The position numbers and the translations under genes were made by a program. Positions 40,863 to 48,790 of a DNA stretch of 54,374 nt are shown here, in pieces. The DNA lies in IMG/VR virus record IMGVR_UViG_3300008963_000004, positions 1 through 54,374 of that record; one strand, 5' to 3'. Position 1 is the stretch's first letter, and every line of letters starts with the position of its first letter. The DNA is from a virus. Taxonomy: Duplodnaviria > Caudoviricetes. The notes under the pieces were generated by a model. It had not been told where the DNA came from. It did no database searches and worked only from the letters and a program-made list of their open reading frames with translations.

Positions 40863-42284
40863 ATGAGCACAAGACAAAACACAGATTACGGATATGATAT
40901 ACAGCGAGTATATCTAGAAATGATGTTGACAGACGCAGAAACTTTTGTGAGATGTCAGTCAGTGTTTGACCAAAATGTATTCGACAGACGGTTACAGCCG
41001 GCAGCACAGTTTATCAATGAATACGTAACCAATCACAATGCCATGCCCACATTTGATATGGTAAATGCAGCAACACAAGCAGATCTCAAAGATCCTGGAC
41101 AGTTACAGGAAAATCACTATGATTGGTTGCTCACAGAGTTTGAAACATTCTCAAGACACAAAGCACTGGAAGCTGCAATTCTCAAAAGTGCTGATTTGTT
41201 GGAACGAGGAGAATATGGACCAGTTGAGGATTTGGTTAAAAAAGCTGTGCAGATTGGTCTACAAAAAGACTTGGGCACTGACTACTTTGCTGATCCAAGA
41301 ACCAGACTGGAAGCAATCAAAGACAAAAACGGACAGATCAGCACAGGCTGGGCAGCATTGGACAAAAAACTGTTTGGTGGTTTCAACAGAGGCGAACTGA
41401 ATATTTTTGCTGGTGGATCTGGTTCAGGTAAAAGTCTGTTCCTGGCCAATCTAGGAGTTAACTGGGCACTGGCAGGCCTAAATGTTCTGTATCTCACGTT
41501 TGAACTGTCAGAACAGTTGGTAAGCATGCGAGTTGACAGCATGGTTACAGATATACCCAGCAGAGACATTTTCAAAAGCATCGACGACGTTGAAATGCGA
41601 GTAAAAATGATTGGCAAAAAATCAGGTGCATTTCAAGTTAAGTACATGCCCACTGGCAAAACTGCCAATGACCTGCGCAGCTATATCAAAGAATACGAAA
41701 TCAAAACCGGCAAAAAGCTGGATGTTATACTTGTGGATTATTTGGATCTAATGCATCCAATTGGTCAAAAAATTTCAGCAGAAAATCTGTTTATCAAAGA
41801 CAAATATGTGTCAGAAGAATTGAGAAATCTAGCAATGGAACTGAACACTATTTTTGTCACTGCTTCGCAGTTGAACAGAAGCTCAGTTGAAGAAATTGAA
41901 TTTGATCACAGTCATATATCCGGAGGTATCTCCAAAATCAACACAGCTGATAACCTGTTTGGTATCTTTACCAGCAGAGCAATGAGAGAACGCGGCAGGT
42001 ATCAGTTGCAGCTGATGAAAACTCGTTCCAGTTCAGGTGTAAACAGCAAAATTGACTTGGAATTCGATGTGGACAGTTTGAGAATCACAGACATCGACGA
42101 AGACGACGAGGCCCAAGCTGAAAACAGCAACAGCACAGTTTATAACCAATTGCGTCGGCAGAACAGCAGTGATCAAACAGAAACAGACTTCACTGACACC
42201 ACAGCACCCACAGCGGACACTGCGCCTGTGCGAGCTGAAGCAGACAGCACTGCGTTGAGAAGTTTTTTGAACAATCTGCGATGA
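40863..42284 (+). CDS. Replicative DNA helicase (gp41/DnaB-like)
   Basis: GGSGSGKS, T.ELSE, VDYLDL, SEELRNLA, TASQLNR, TAD. Confidence 0.95.
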   Translation: MSTRQNTDYGYDIQRVYLEMMLTDAETFVRCQSVFDQNVFDRRLQPAAQFINEYVTNHNAMPTFDMVNAATQADLKDPGQLQENHYDWLLTEFETFSRHKALEAAILKSADLLERGEYGPVEDLVKKAVQIGLQKDLGTDYFADPRTRLEAIKDKNGQISTGWAALDKKLFGGFNRGELNIFAGGSGSGKSLFLANLGVNWALAGLNVLYLTFELSEQLVSMRVDSMVTDIPSRDIFKSIDDVEMRVKMIGKKSGAFQVKYMPTGKTANDLRSYIKEYEIKTGKKLDVILVDYLDLMHPIGQKISAENLFIKDKYVSEELRNLAMELNTIFVTASQLNRSSVEEIEFDHSHISGGISKINTADNLFGIFTSRAMRERGRYQLQLMKTRSSSGVNSKIDLEFDVDSLRITDIDEDDEAQAENSNSTVYNQLRRQNSSDQTETDFTDTTAPTADTAPVRAEADSTALRSFLNNLR

Positions 42285-42799
42285 TCACAGCACTGGCACT
42301 GTTCGCACTGCCAACGCTGTTTGAGGATCATAGCTGTCATAGCTTACACTGTTCTGTTGATTGCCACCCAGTATGATCCACAGTGTTTGACCATCTCTGT
42401 TTGTGAAAGAACCTGCGAAAATCCCACGTGCCCTTGCCAGCCTGCACTGCCTCTGGGAAACACCACAACGTCGCCGATTCTGGGTTCTCCTGTTCTGGGT
42501 TCACCCCAGTGCAGAAAACTGCGAGCCAGCAGAGGATGTGGGTGTACACTGTCACTGCCAGCTATGCTGTGCTGTGCAAGCACACTGTTTACAAAAGCAG
42601 CACACCAAGCTGTGGTCACAGGATCCACTGAGATGAATTCTCTCAGCAATTGTCTGTGATGGTGTTCGTTTTTGCCCAGATATTGATCAGCAGTGTGCAT
42701 CCATGGCACAGTGTGCTGAGATTTTGGTTCACTGAAAATCCCAGTGCCACAGCCACTGAGCAGCATAACAAAAAACAAATAACACAGACCAGCCCTCAT
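42285..42799 (-). pseudogene. Frameshifted TIGR02594-type (NlpC/P60-like) lipoprotein
   Basis: Lipobox LSGC, AWCAAFVN, ARSF..WG, GD.VVF.R, GHVGF. The conserved LGGNQ continues in another frame after GGGATTTTCG (~42418-42421). Confidence 0.75.
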
Positions 42800-43014
42800 G
42801 ATTTCTATCCTTGCCCTGTGTGTATTTAGTGGAAAATTCACAGAGCCTCAAAAGCCACGAAGTGGCTTGCGCAGCAAGCCGCAAAGCGCAAAAATTCACA
42901 AGGTCAGCGTCACAGTGCACAAACAATATAAAAACAGAATTTTGTCTCAACCTGGTCGTACGGTACCGTATGAAGCGTCGTACGACCCCGTACGGACCCA
43001 GACACTGTTTTAGC

Positions 43015-43479
43015 TCATTTTAAACGAAATCGCGCTTGCACTGATCGTATGTACACTGTGTTTCTACTGGGGTATTCAGTGTGCGGTCCAAGATCTATCA
43101 CAAAGCCTGTGCTGCTGTTCACAGAAATGTTGAGATCTCGCACAGTGTACACATGATGATCTTCAGCAGTGAGATCACTGAGATTGTCACTGAGCCAACC
43201 TTCACTGTCTCGCATGCGTATCAATCTGTCCTGTGTTCTGCCCAGTCTGCTGACATGCAAGTGTAATTGTGCAGCAAGCACAGTGGATGACAGATCAAAA
43301 TCTCTGTACAGTATGGCCTGAGTCTCCACAGTGTTCAAACGTCCCTGTGACACTGCTACACTGACGCAGGGCTCCAGAGAAACTGTGGCAGTGTCTGTGT
43401 TGAGATTGTCAAACTGTATCCTGTCTGTTTCTGCATATTCTGCGATTCTGGGTCGCAGCCAAGGTGTCCACTGTGCCAT
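43015..43479 (-). CDS. Hypothetical late protein
   Basis: ATG 43479 (MAQWTPW) directly after GCTAAATA. Confidence 0.6.
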   Translation of the reverse strand: MAQWTPWLRPRIAEYAETDRIQFDNLNTDTATVSLEPCVSVAVSQGRLNTVETQAILYRDFDLSSTVLAAQLHLHVSRLGRTQDRLIRMRDSEGWLSDNLSDLTAEDHHVYTVRDLNISVNSSTGFVIDLGPHTEYPSRNTVYIRSVQARFRLK

Positions 43480-43708
43480 GCAGTATTTAGCTGATCTGAT
43501 CAAAGTGAAAATTTTCACAGAGGAAACAGTGCAGATGAGGATTCTTGCGTAGAGTGAAATTCAGTTTGCAGAGAAAAAATCTCGTGCGCAAAAAATTTAG
43601 GGGTATAAAGTTTACAGGACCCCAGGGGTGTTTTTGCTGGAAAAAAACTCCGCGCAAAAAAATTCGGGTGGAGTACTTACAGATTCACGGTGGTGATTTT
43701 TTCTCCCC

Positions 43709-43823
43709 GTGAAAAACGTTTGTCAACGGAAAAATTTTTTTATTTTTTTATTTTTATACGCCGGCCGGTGAAAAAAATCGTTTGTCAACGAAAAAATTTT
43801 TTATTTTTAGATTTTTATACGCC
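43709..43823. repeat. Tandem ~59-bp imperfect repeat within an A/T-tract region
   Basis: GTGAAAAA..CGTTTGTCAACG.AAAAATTTTT.TATTTTT..ATTTTTATACGCC at ~43709 and ~43768. Confidence 0.85.
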
Positions 43824-43911
43824 CCGAGAGAAATTTTTTACACTTTTCAGTTGTTACACTCGCAGGTTGTGCGCATAAAAAAGCACACTCCGACTCAGAG
43901 TATGTTCTTGT

Positions 43912-43940
43912 GTTATAGCTTAAACTGCTGTGCTGCGCAA
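43912..43940 (-). promoter_or_regulatory. Sigma70-like promoter followed immediately by a terminator
   Basis: TTGCGC-17-TATAAC; hairpin 43884-43904 then T6. Confidence 0.55.
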
Positions 43941-43968
43941 GCACTGAATGCGCTTGCGCTGCTGTTTT

Positions 43969-44091
43969 TTAAGTATTTTGTTCCCATGTTCCCATGTGTG
44001 TTTGCAGTTTAAGTGCTGCGAGCTGTATGCGCGGGCACAGGCGCGGGTTAACAGTTGCTTTTGCGAGAGTGATGTAAAGCAGTTTACGCAT
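43969..44091 (-). CDS. 40-aa protein (not in ORF track)
   Basis: TTGCAA-17-TAAAAC promoter, GAGGAG SD; MRKLLYITLAKATVNPRLCPRIQLAALKLQTHMGTWEQNT*. Confidence 0.6.
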   Translation of the reverse strand: MRKLLYITLAKATVNPRLCPRIQLAALKLQTHMGTWEQNT

Positions 44092-44182
44092 AGTGTGCTC
44101 CTCTGTTGCTACACTGTTGTTTTAACAAAAACTGTGGTGCATTGCAAGCACTTTTTGCACTTGCAATGCAGTTGTGTTTGTG

Positions 44183-44323
44183 TTAAAGTATGCGCACGCT
44201 TTCCCACACGCGATGTCCCCCCATGCGCTTAACAAAGTAGTTAATTGCAGTGCGCTTGCTCTTAAACTTGCGCGCTACAGTTTCCCACTCGTTTGCGCTG
44301 TTAAGCACTTGCATAGTATACAT
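44183..44323 (-). CDS. 46-aa protein (not in ORF track)
   Basis: TTGCAC-17-TATAAC promoter, AGGAG SD; MYTMQVLNSANEWETVARKFKSKRTAINYFVKRMGGHRVWESVRIL*. Confidence 0.65.
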   Translation of the reverse strand: MYTMQVLNSANEWETVARKFKSKRTAINYFVKRMGGHRVWESVRIL

Positions 44324-44547
44324 ATTGCTGCTCCTGCTGCTGTTGCTATACATGTGTTATAGCTTAAACTGCTGTAGTGTGCAAGTGTTTTTTTAGAAAA
44401 AAGCAAAAAAATCTGTGCAAGCTGTGCGTGTATATACAGCCGAGCCAATGCACTTTTAGCGTGTAACACTCGCAGGTTGTATTAAAACACACGCTGCAAT
44501 TGCAGCGTGTGCTTTGTTTTATTGCAGCACTGCCTGGATCAGTTTGG

Positions 44548-44856
44548 TCAGTCTGCGTAAACTGTTCTGTGCTGTTCGATGCAGTCCTGCACCAGCTGTT
44601 CTGCGCGACTGTCCTTGCCGCCCACGTGCCAGTCATACCAGCCATCGGGCGTTGTTACTGTCTTCCAGTCGTATATCGTAACCAGCACACCGTTGATCAA
44701 CAGTGTCCATTCTGTGTTGACTTTGCCGTCACCGCTGGCATCCGTGTAAGTGGGCTCGCCAAATACCTCAGTGAGCTCTGCCAGCGTTGTGTGCACATAA
44801 CCCTGCAAGCTGGTGCCGCCTGGGTTGAGTTCTTCACTGTTTACGATGCTGTGCAT
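44548..44856 (-). CDS. Hypothetical early protein
   Basis: Own promoter and SD; FGEP, DGKV..EW, TIYDWK, WHVGG. Confidence 0.75.
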   Translation of the reverse strand: MHSIVNSEELNPGGTSLQGYVHTTLAELTEVFGEPTYTDASGDGKVNTEWTLLINGVLVTIYDWKTVTTPDGWYDWHVGGKDSRAEQLVQDCIEQHRTVYAD

Positions 44857-44863
44857 GTTGTTT

Positions 44864-44920
44864 TCCTCTCTTGTGTTGCCCTATGTGTGTGTTATAGCAA
44901 ACGCACAGAGCTGTGTCAAC
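44864..44920 (-). promoter_or_regulatory. Hairpin promoter/leader cassette
   Basis: TTGACA-17-TATAAC, then ATAGGGCAACACAAGAGAGG; spacer pairs with the +1 region. Confidence 0.85.
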
Positions 44921-44928
44921 TGTTGTTT

Positions 44929-45144
44929 TTAGATTTTTGCAGGATCGCCGTATGCACCTGCATCACACTTGCTGCGATAATACTGTGCAGTGCGGCGTGT
45001 AAGCCCGCACACAATAGGCTGTGCCTCGCCCCAGAAGATGATTGAGCCTTTGCCTTTGACGTCTGCTTTGCGGAATACTGCATAGCTTTCCGCCGAGTCA
45101 CCGTCATACTTCTTAACAGTAAACTTGCTTTTGTTCGTCGCCAT
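44929..45144 (-). CDS. Hypothetical early protein
   Basis: Own promoter and GAGGG leader. Confidence 0.7.
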   Translation of the reverse strand: MATNKSKFTVKKYDGDSAESYAVFRKADVKGKGSIIFWGEAQPIVCGLTRRTAQYYRSKCDAGAYGDPAKI

Positions 45145-45151
45145 CGTGTTG

Positions 45152-45209
45152 CCCTCTTGTGTGTGTTGCCCTACGCCGTTTTATAGCATAGGGCAACATC
45201 ACGGTCAAC
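45152..45209 (-). promoter_or_regulatory. Hairpin promoter/leader cassette
   Basis: TTGACC-17-TATAAA; 13-bp stem TGTTGCCCTATGC/GCGTAGGGCAACA. Confidence 0.85.
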
Positions 45210-45414
45210 CGTAATCTTTAAAATGTCCCAGCTGTTCGTTCTCTTCGTAGCCTGCCCAGTAAGCAGCAATCTCGTCTGCTGTCATGTCCTCCTGCTCGAC
45301 ACGCTCGCTCCGGCCAGTGCCGCCTTTGTAGTAGTGCGGACGAGGAAGACGCCCGTAGTAGCTGTCTGCTGAGCCGCGATCAAATGCTCCGCCGTGTCGT
45401 TGATCGTATGCCAT
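45205..45414 (-). CDS. Hypothetical early protein
   Basis: HGGAFDRGSADSYYGR..RPHYY, EIAAY.AGY; own promoter. Confidence 0.75.
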   Translation of the reverse strand: MAYDQRHGGAFDRGSADSYYGRLPRPHYYKGGTGRSERVEQEDMTADEIAAYWAGYEENEQLGHFKDYG

Positions 45415-45423
45415 AGCGTGTAT

Positions 45424-45484
45424 CTCCTCTGCTGTGTTGTTGCCCTATATGTGTGTTATAGCATCTCACAAAACAGTGTGCAAC
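45424..45484 (-). promoter_or_regulatory. Promoter/leader cassette (weak hairpin)
   Basis: TTGCAC-17-TATAAC, ATAGGGCAAC, GAGGAG. Confidence 0.75.
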
Positions 45485-45554
45485 CGAAAAATTAAACTGT
45501 TTTCGTTTGTGAGCACACAACCCACAGTTGTAACAACCCACAGTTGCAAGCCAC

Positions 45555-45584
45555 AAAAAAACGCAACCTGAAGTTGCGTTTTTT
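45555..45584. terminator. Bidirectional intrinsic terminator
   Basis: A7-CGCAAC-ctgaa-GTTGCG-T6. Confidence 0.75.
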
Positions 45585-45595
45585 CGTTGTGGTGT

Positions 45596-46102
45596 TTAGG
45601 TCCACTTCAGGCCATATGCTCTCAGCGCCGTCACGTTCTCCAGTTTGAAAGTGCGGATCACAACCTTGCGTTCAAGCCCGCCCTGTCCTGTGCTCTCACG
45701 TGCCTCCGGAAGCCCTTCAATCTCGCTTGCTTGCACGGGCTGCCCGTCCAGCATATACTGCACCTCGCCTGCCTTCAGGAAGATCACTTCCAGGTAGTGT
45801 TCGCCTTTGTGAGTAACGAACGGAGTGCCCTCAATGCGCTCGCCCCATGCGCGAGGGCTGAGTTGAAAGCTGTCTGCGTCCTTGCCTTCTGCCTCCAAGC
45901 GGCGCCGCACCATTTTGTCGTATGCGCTGCCGTTGGTGTTTGAAAAGCTCATTACCTGTGCGCCTGTCATCACCTTTGTGACGCGACCTTGCTGCGGATT
46001 CTTCTTGCCGCCTTTGAGCTTGACCGGTGTCGCCGTGTCCAAACCTACGAATGTGCCGCCTTCCAGTGCTGCGAACGCTCTCTGTGCAGTTTCCAGTTTC
46101 AT
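45596..46102 (-). CDS. Hypothetical early protein
   Basis: Own promoter; KLKGGKKNP.QGRVTK, PRAWGER; start at MKLET. Confidence 0.75.
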   Translation of the reverse strand: MKLETAQRAFAALEGGTFVGLDTATPVKLKGGKKNPQQGRVTKVMTGAQVMSFSNTNGSAYDKMVRRRLEAEGKDADSFQLSPRAWGERIEGTPFVTHKGEHYLEVIFLKAGEVQYMLDGQPVQASEIEGLPEARESTGQGGLERKVVIRTFKLENVTALRAYGLKWT

Positions 46103-46111
46103 TGCAATCAT

Positions 46112-46165
46112 CCTTTTTGTGTTGCCTTATGCGTTGTTTATAGCAAACGCACAGGGCAGTGTCAA
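46112..46165 (-). promoter_or_regulatory. Hairpin promoter/leader cassette
   Basis: TTGACA-17-TATAAA; TGCCCTGTGCGTT/AACGCATAAGGCA. Confidence 0.85.
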
Positions 46166-46167
46166 TC

Positions 46168-46299
46168 CTATTTTTTGACTTTTTCGATGATCAGTTTGGG
46201 ATCTCCGGGCAACTGTTGACGAATCATTGCCAATGCGTCCTCATGCCGGCTCACCACAGCCACAGTCTCGTCAGTCATATAGTCTTTGATTGCATACAT
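46168..46299 (-). CDS. 43-aa protein (not in ORF track)
   Basis: GGAG SD; MYAIKDYMTDETVAVVSRHEDALAMIRQQLPGDPKLIIEKVKK*. Confidence 0.6.
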   Translation of the reverse strand: MYAIKDYMTDETVAVVSRHEDALAMIRQQLPGDPKLIIEKVKK

Positions 46300-46302
46300 G
46301 AT

Positions 46303-46557
46303 TTACACTCCCCACAACACTCGCAGACTCTCAGCAGCAGCAAAACCATCGCCCAGTTCGTTCCAGGCATGCTCTGCATCTTCCAATGCCCGAGCACGAG
46401 CATCTACGATACGCTGATCCAGCAGCTCGTTGTGAGCGTCTTCGGCAACGCAGTCTGCGCTATACGTCAGTGCCTGGCAGATGTCGTCTTCGTCGCCGTT
46501 CCAACCAAACTCCAGCAGGTCCCGAAGCTGACGGTTTTCGACATGAGCAAAACGCAT
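46303..46557 (-). CDS. Hypothetical acidic early protein
   Basis: Start MRFAHVEN after AAGGAG; promoter TTGACA-17-TACAGT at ~46583-46611. Confidence 0.7.
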   Translation of the reverse strand: MRFAHVENRQLRDLLEFGWNGDEDDICQALTYSADCVAEDAHNELLDQRIVDARARALEDAEHAWNELGDGFAAAESLRVLWGV

Positions 46558-46642
46558 TTGTATCTCCTTTTTTGTTGTGTTCACTGTAGCGCATGCACGA
46601 AACAGTGTCAACCTGCTTGTGCATGCGCGTCAGTGGATTTTG

Positions 46643-47101
46643 TTACCAACTGGCTCGGTAGTAGAAGTCCCAGCCTTTGAGAGCATCCAGTGCTTCCTTT
46701 GTGAGGAATCCGTTCAGCCAACGCAGTGTGCGTTCCACATCGTCAAAGTAGTATTCGTCGTATGCCGTGCTGCCAAAGAAGAATCCGCTTTGCACAGGCA
46801 GCAGCTTTTCAGCTAGGGAGTGATCCTCTGATACCTGTTTGCAGATATCTCTGAGATCGTGCAGATCTTCTATGGACACAGATGACTCCTGGCATTCGTC
46901 GACGCCCTCTTGCACTGTATCCACAAACCAACGATGGATTGCGTTGGCCTTGCGCCAATACATGAACTCTGCGCTGACTTCGTTGATCCGTGCGCCAGCA
47001 GCTTCCGGAAACAGTCGTGCCACACCTGCGATTCGGTCCTGGTCTGCATCACCAAAGTCCCAAAGGTAACGCTTACCAGTGAAAAACATATCCAGTCCCA
47101 T
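46643..47101 (-). CDS. Conserved phage protein (MGLDM...YWRKANAIH.WF...YYRASW type)
   Basis: Motifs MGLDM, YWRKAN.IH.WF, GFFFGS..YDEYY; SD GAGGAG. Confidence 0.8.
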   Translation of the reverse strand: MGLDMFFTGKRYLWDFGDADQDRIAGVARLFPEAAGARINEVSAEFMYWRKANAIHRWFVDTVQEGVDECQESSVSIEDLHDLRDICKQVSEDHSLAEKLLPVQSGFFFGSTAYDEYYFDDVERTLRWLNGFLTKEALDALKGWDFYYRASW

Positions 47102-47112
47102 GTTGTGCTCCT

Positions 47113-47167
47113 CTCTTGTGTGTTGCCCTATGCGTTGTTTATAGCAAACGCACAGGGCTGAGTCAAC
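47113..47167 (-). repeat. Hairpin promoter cassette, identical 55-bp copy 1
   Basis: TTGACT-17-TATAAA; identical to 47607-47661. Confidence 0.95.
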
Positions 47168-47172
47168 CGTTT

Positions 47173-47595
47173 TTATGCGATTAAACGCTGTTCCCACTGT
47201 GCCCAATGATCAATGCGACCTGCGTTCAGCAGCTGATCAAGGTCGAAGTAGTAGTCAGGTTCGTCGTCGGGTGTGTCCAACACTCGTTTCCTTACGCCCC
47301 ACGGAGCAGGCTCAATGATCTCTTCTCTCTCTGACAATGTCTCAAGTTGAGCATCAGTGAATATATCTTCCTTTGTCATCTGATCACAAACTGGCAGATA
47401 TTGGCCATATGCGACAGTGATTAGAATACAACCCGTATCAGAACCGTCGTTGAACCAGTAAAGGTCCCAACCAGCATAGTCGCCCCAGGGTTCGTCGGTG
47501 TTGGCGTGACATTCTTCGATGAGGAACAGAATAACAGTGCCATCGTCAGGCTGTTCGTCTAGGTACTCTCGGGGTGAACCAGTGACTGCATACAT
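47173..47595 (-). CDS. Hypothetical acidic protein
   Basis: Flanked by identical 55-bp repeats. Confidence 0.7.
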   Translation of the reverse strand: MYAVTGSPREYLDEQPDDGTVILFLIEECHANTDEPWGDYAGWDLYWFNDGSDTGCILITVAYGQYLPVCDQMTKEDIFTDAQLETLSEREEIIEPAPWGVRKRVLDTPDDEPDYYFDLDQLLNAGRIDHWAQWEQRLIA

Positions 47596-47606
47596 CCGAA
47601 GTTTCC

Positions 47607-47661
47607 CTCTTGTGTGTTGCCCTATGCGTTGTTTATAGCAAACGCACAGGGCTGAGTCAAC
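47607..47661 (-). repeat. Hairpin promoter cassette, identical 55-bp copy 2
   Basis: Identical to 47113-47167. Confidence 0.95.
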
Positions 47662-48117
47662 TCAAAAGTTGGGTTCGAGATCGCCAAAATGTTTCTGATT
47701 GCAGCTTGCTTGGAACCGTGTAATCTCAAGTATCTGCTCATCACTGTTCGATGGAAACAGTTGACGCTTCTCTGCAAGGATCTTCTGGAAGCTGTCTGAC
47801 TCTTCGTCGTATGCAACCTCGCCCTGTGCCAATTTTGCAAGCATCGCTTCATCACGCTTGCGCGCCGCTGTATCAGGTTTCTGCTTTGCTGGTGCTGCTC
47901 GCCTGCCTGCAGGACGGTCTTCTGTAAGCCTTTTTGCCACGAGGAATTCAGTTGCCTGTTCCTTGGTCATTGCCGAGCCCAGTTCCCAGAACTCTATGTC
48001 AGTGTGTCCAGCTTTGACCAGCACAGTCTCACGATTGAGATCGTTGGTGAAGCGGAAACGAGTGCGACCTTTTTCGCAAGTGCTGCGGCCTGCGCGAGTG
48101 AAAGTCTTGTTGCTCAT
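47662..48117 (-). CDS. Hypothetical early protein
   Basis: FRFTND..R..VL.KAGHTDI..EL..AMTKE.A; own promoter. Confidence 0.75.
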   Translation of the reverse strand: MSNKTFTRAGRSTCEKGRTRFRFTNDLNRETVLVKAGHTDIEFWELGSAMTKEQATEFLVAKRLTEDRPAGRRAAPAKQKPDTAARKRDEAMLAKLAQGEVAYDEESDSFQKILAEKRQLFPSNSDEQILEITRFQASCNQKHFGDLEPNF

Positions 48118-48131
48118 TGTGTTTCCCTCTG

Positions 48132-48182
48132 TTGTGTGTTGCCCTGTGCAGACAACTTAGCATCTGCACAGAGCAGTGTCAA
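48132..48182 (-). repeat. Hairpin promoter cassette, identical 51-bp copy 1
   Basis: TTGACA-17-TAAGTT; stem TGCTCTGTGCAGA/TCTGCACAGGGCA; identical to 48378-48428. Confidence 0.95.
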
Positions 48183-48189
48183 CTGATTT

Positions 48190-48363
48190 CTACGTTTTCA
48201 GTCCCAGACGCTGATTGAAAATTGAGTTGATTTTGCGAGCAACAAGATCTTTCACCCACTCCGGAGCAGGATCAGACTCCATAGCATCAAGCGCCTCGTA
48301 GAGTTGCATATCAGTGAGATTTTCGAGCCGCTTCAGCTCAGCGTCAAGAGCGGTCTGTGCCAT
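48190..48363 (-). CDS. 57-aa protein (not in ORF track)
   Basis: MAQTALDAELKRLENLTDMQLYEALDAMESDPAPEWVKDLVARKINSIFNQRLGLKT*; GAGGG SD. Confidence 0.75.
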   Translation of the reverse strand: MAQTALDAELKRLENLTDMQLYEALDAMESDPAPEWVKDLVARKINSIFNQRLGLKT

Positions 48364-48377
48364 TCTCTGTTTCCCTC

Positions 48378-48428
48378 TTGTGTGTTGCCCTGTGCAGACA
48401 ACTTAGCATCTGCACAGAGCAGTGTCAA
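48378..48428 (-). repeat. Hairpin promoter cassette, identical 51-bp copy 2
   Basis: Identical to 48132-48182. Confidence 0.95.
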
Positions 48429-48758
48429 TATGGAAAATATTCAATCTCAGCTTTGGTTTCAGGATCTCTCCATTCACTGAGAATACTATCTCGGTTCACT
48501 CCTATCTTGCGAAGTGTGAATTCATTCATATGAGCAATCACTTCAGTTGGGCACAGTTCTCCTTGTTCCGCCAACTCCGTGGGATTTTGCAAAGTGTAAA
48601 AACCCAAACGATAGGGTTTTCCATCCAACCATTTGCAAGTCGTTGATGCCGTCGAGCCGAGCTTGCTGCAAAAATTCAAAGCGATCCTGCTCAACCCACA
48701 GTTCAACTCCTTGGAATTTGACCATAACATATTCAGGTTTTTGAAGGAAAAAATTCAT
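48425..48758 (-). pseudogene. Probably frameshifted hypothetical gene
   Basis: Promoter TTGAAC-17-TAATGT and GAGGG lead to MNFFLQ (stop 48543); an overlapping frame runs on to 48425. Confidence 0.45.
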
Positions 48759-48790
48759 CCTGTTGCCCTCTGTGTTGCTGTGTGTTTACA

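Noticed and set aside
668-41617. Short overlapping ORFs within core genes
   Set aside because: Shadow frames inside well-supported genes, with no motifs or start signals.
43709-43823. TTGACA in the tandem repeats (minus strand) as promoters
   Set aside because: No -10-like hexamer at 16-18 nt spacing.
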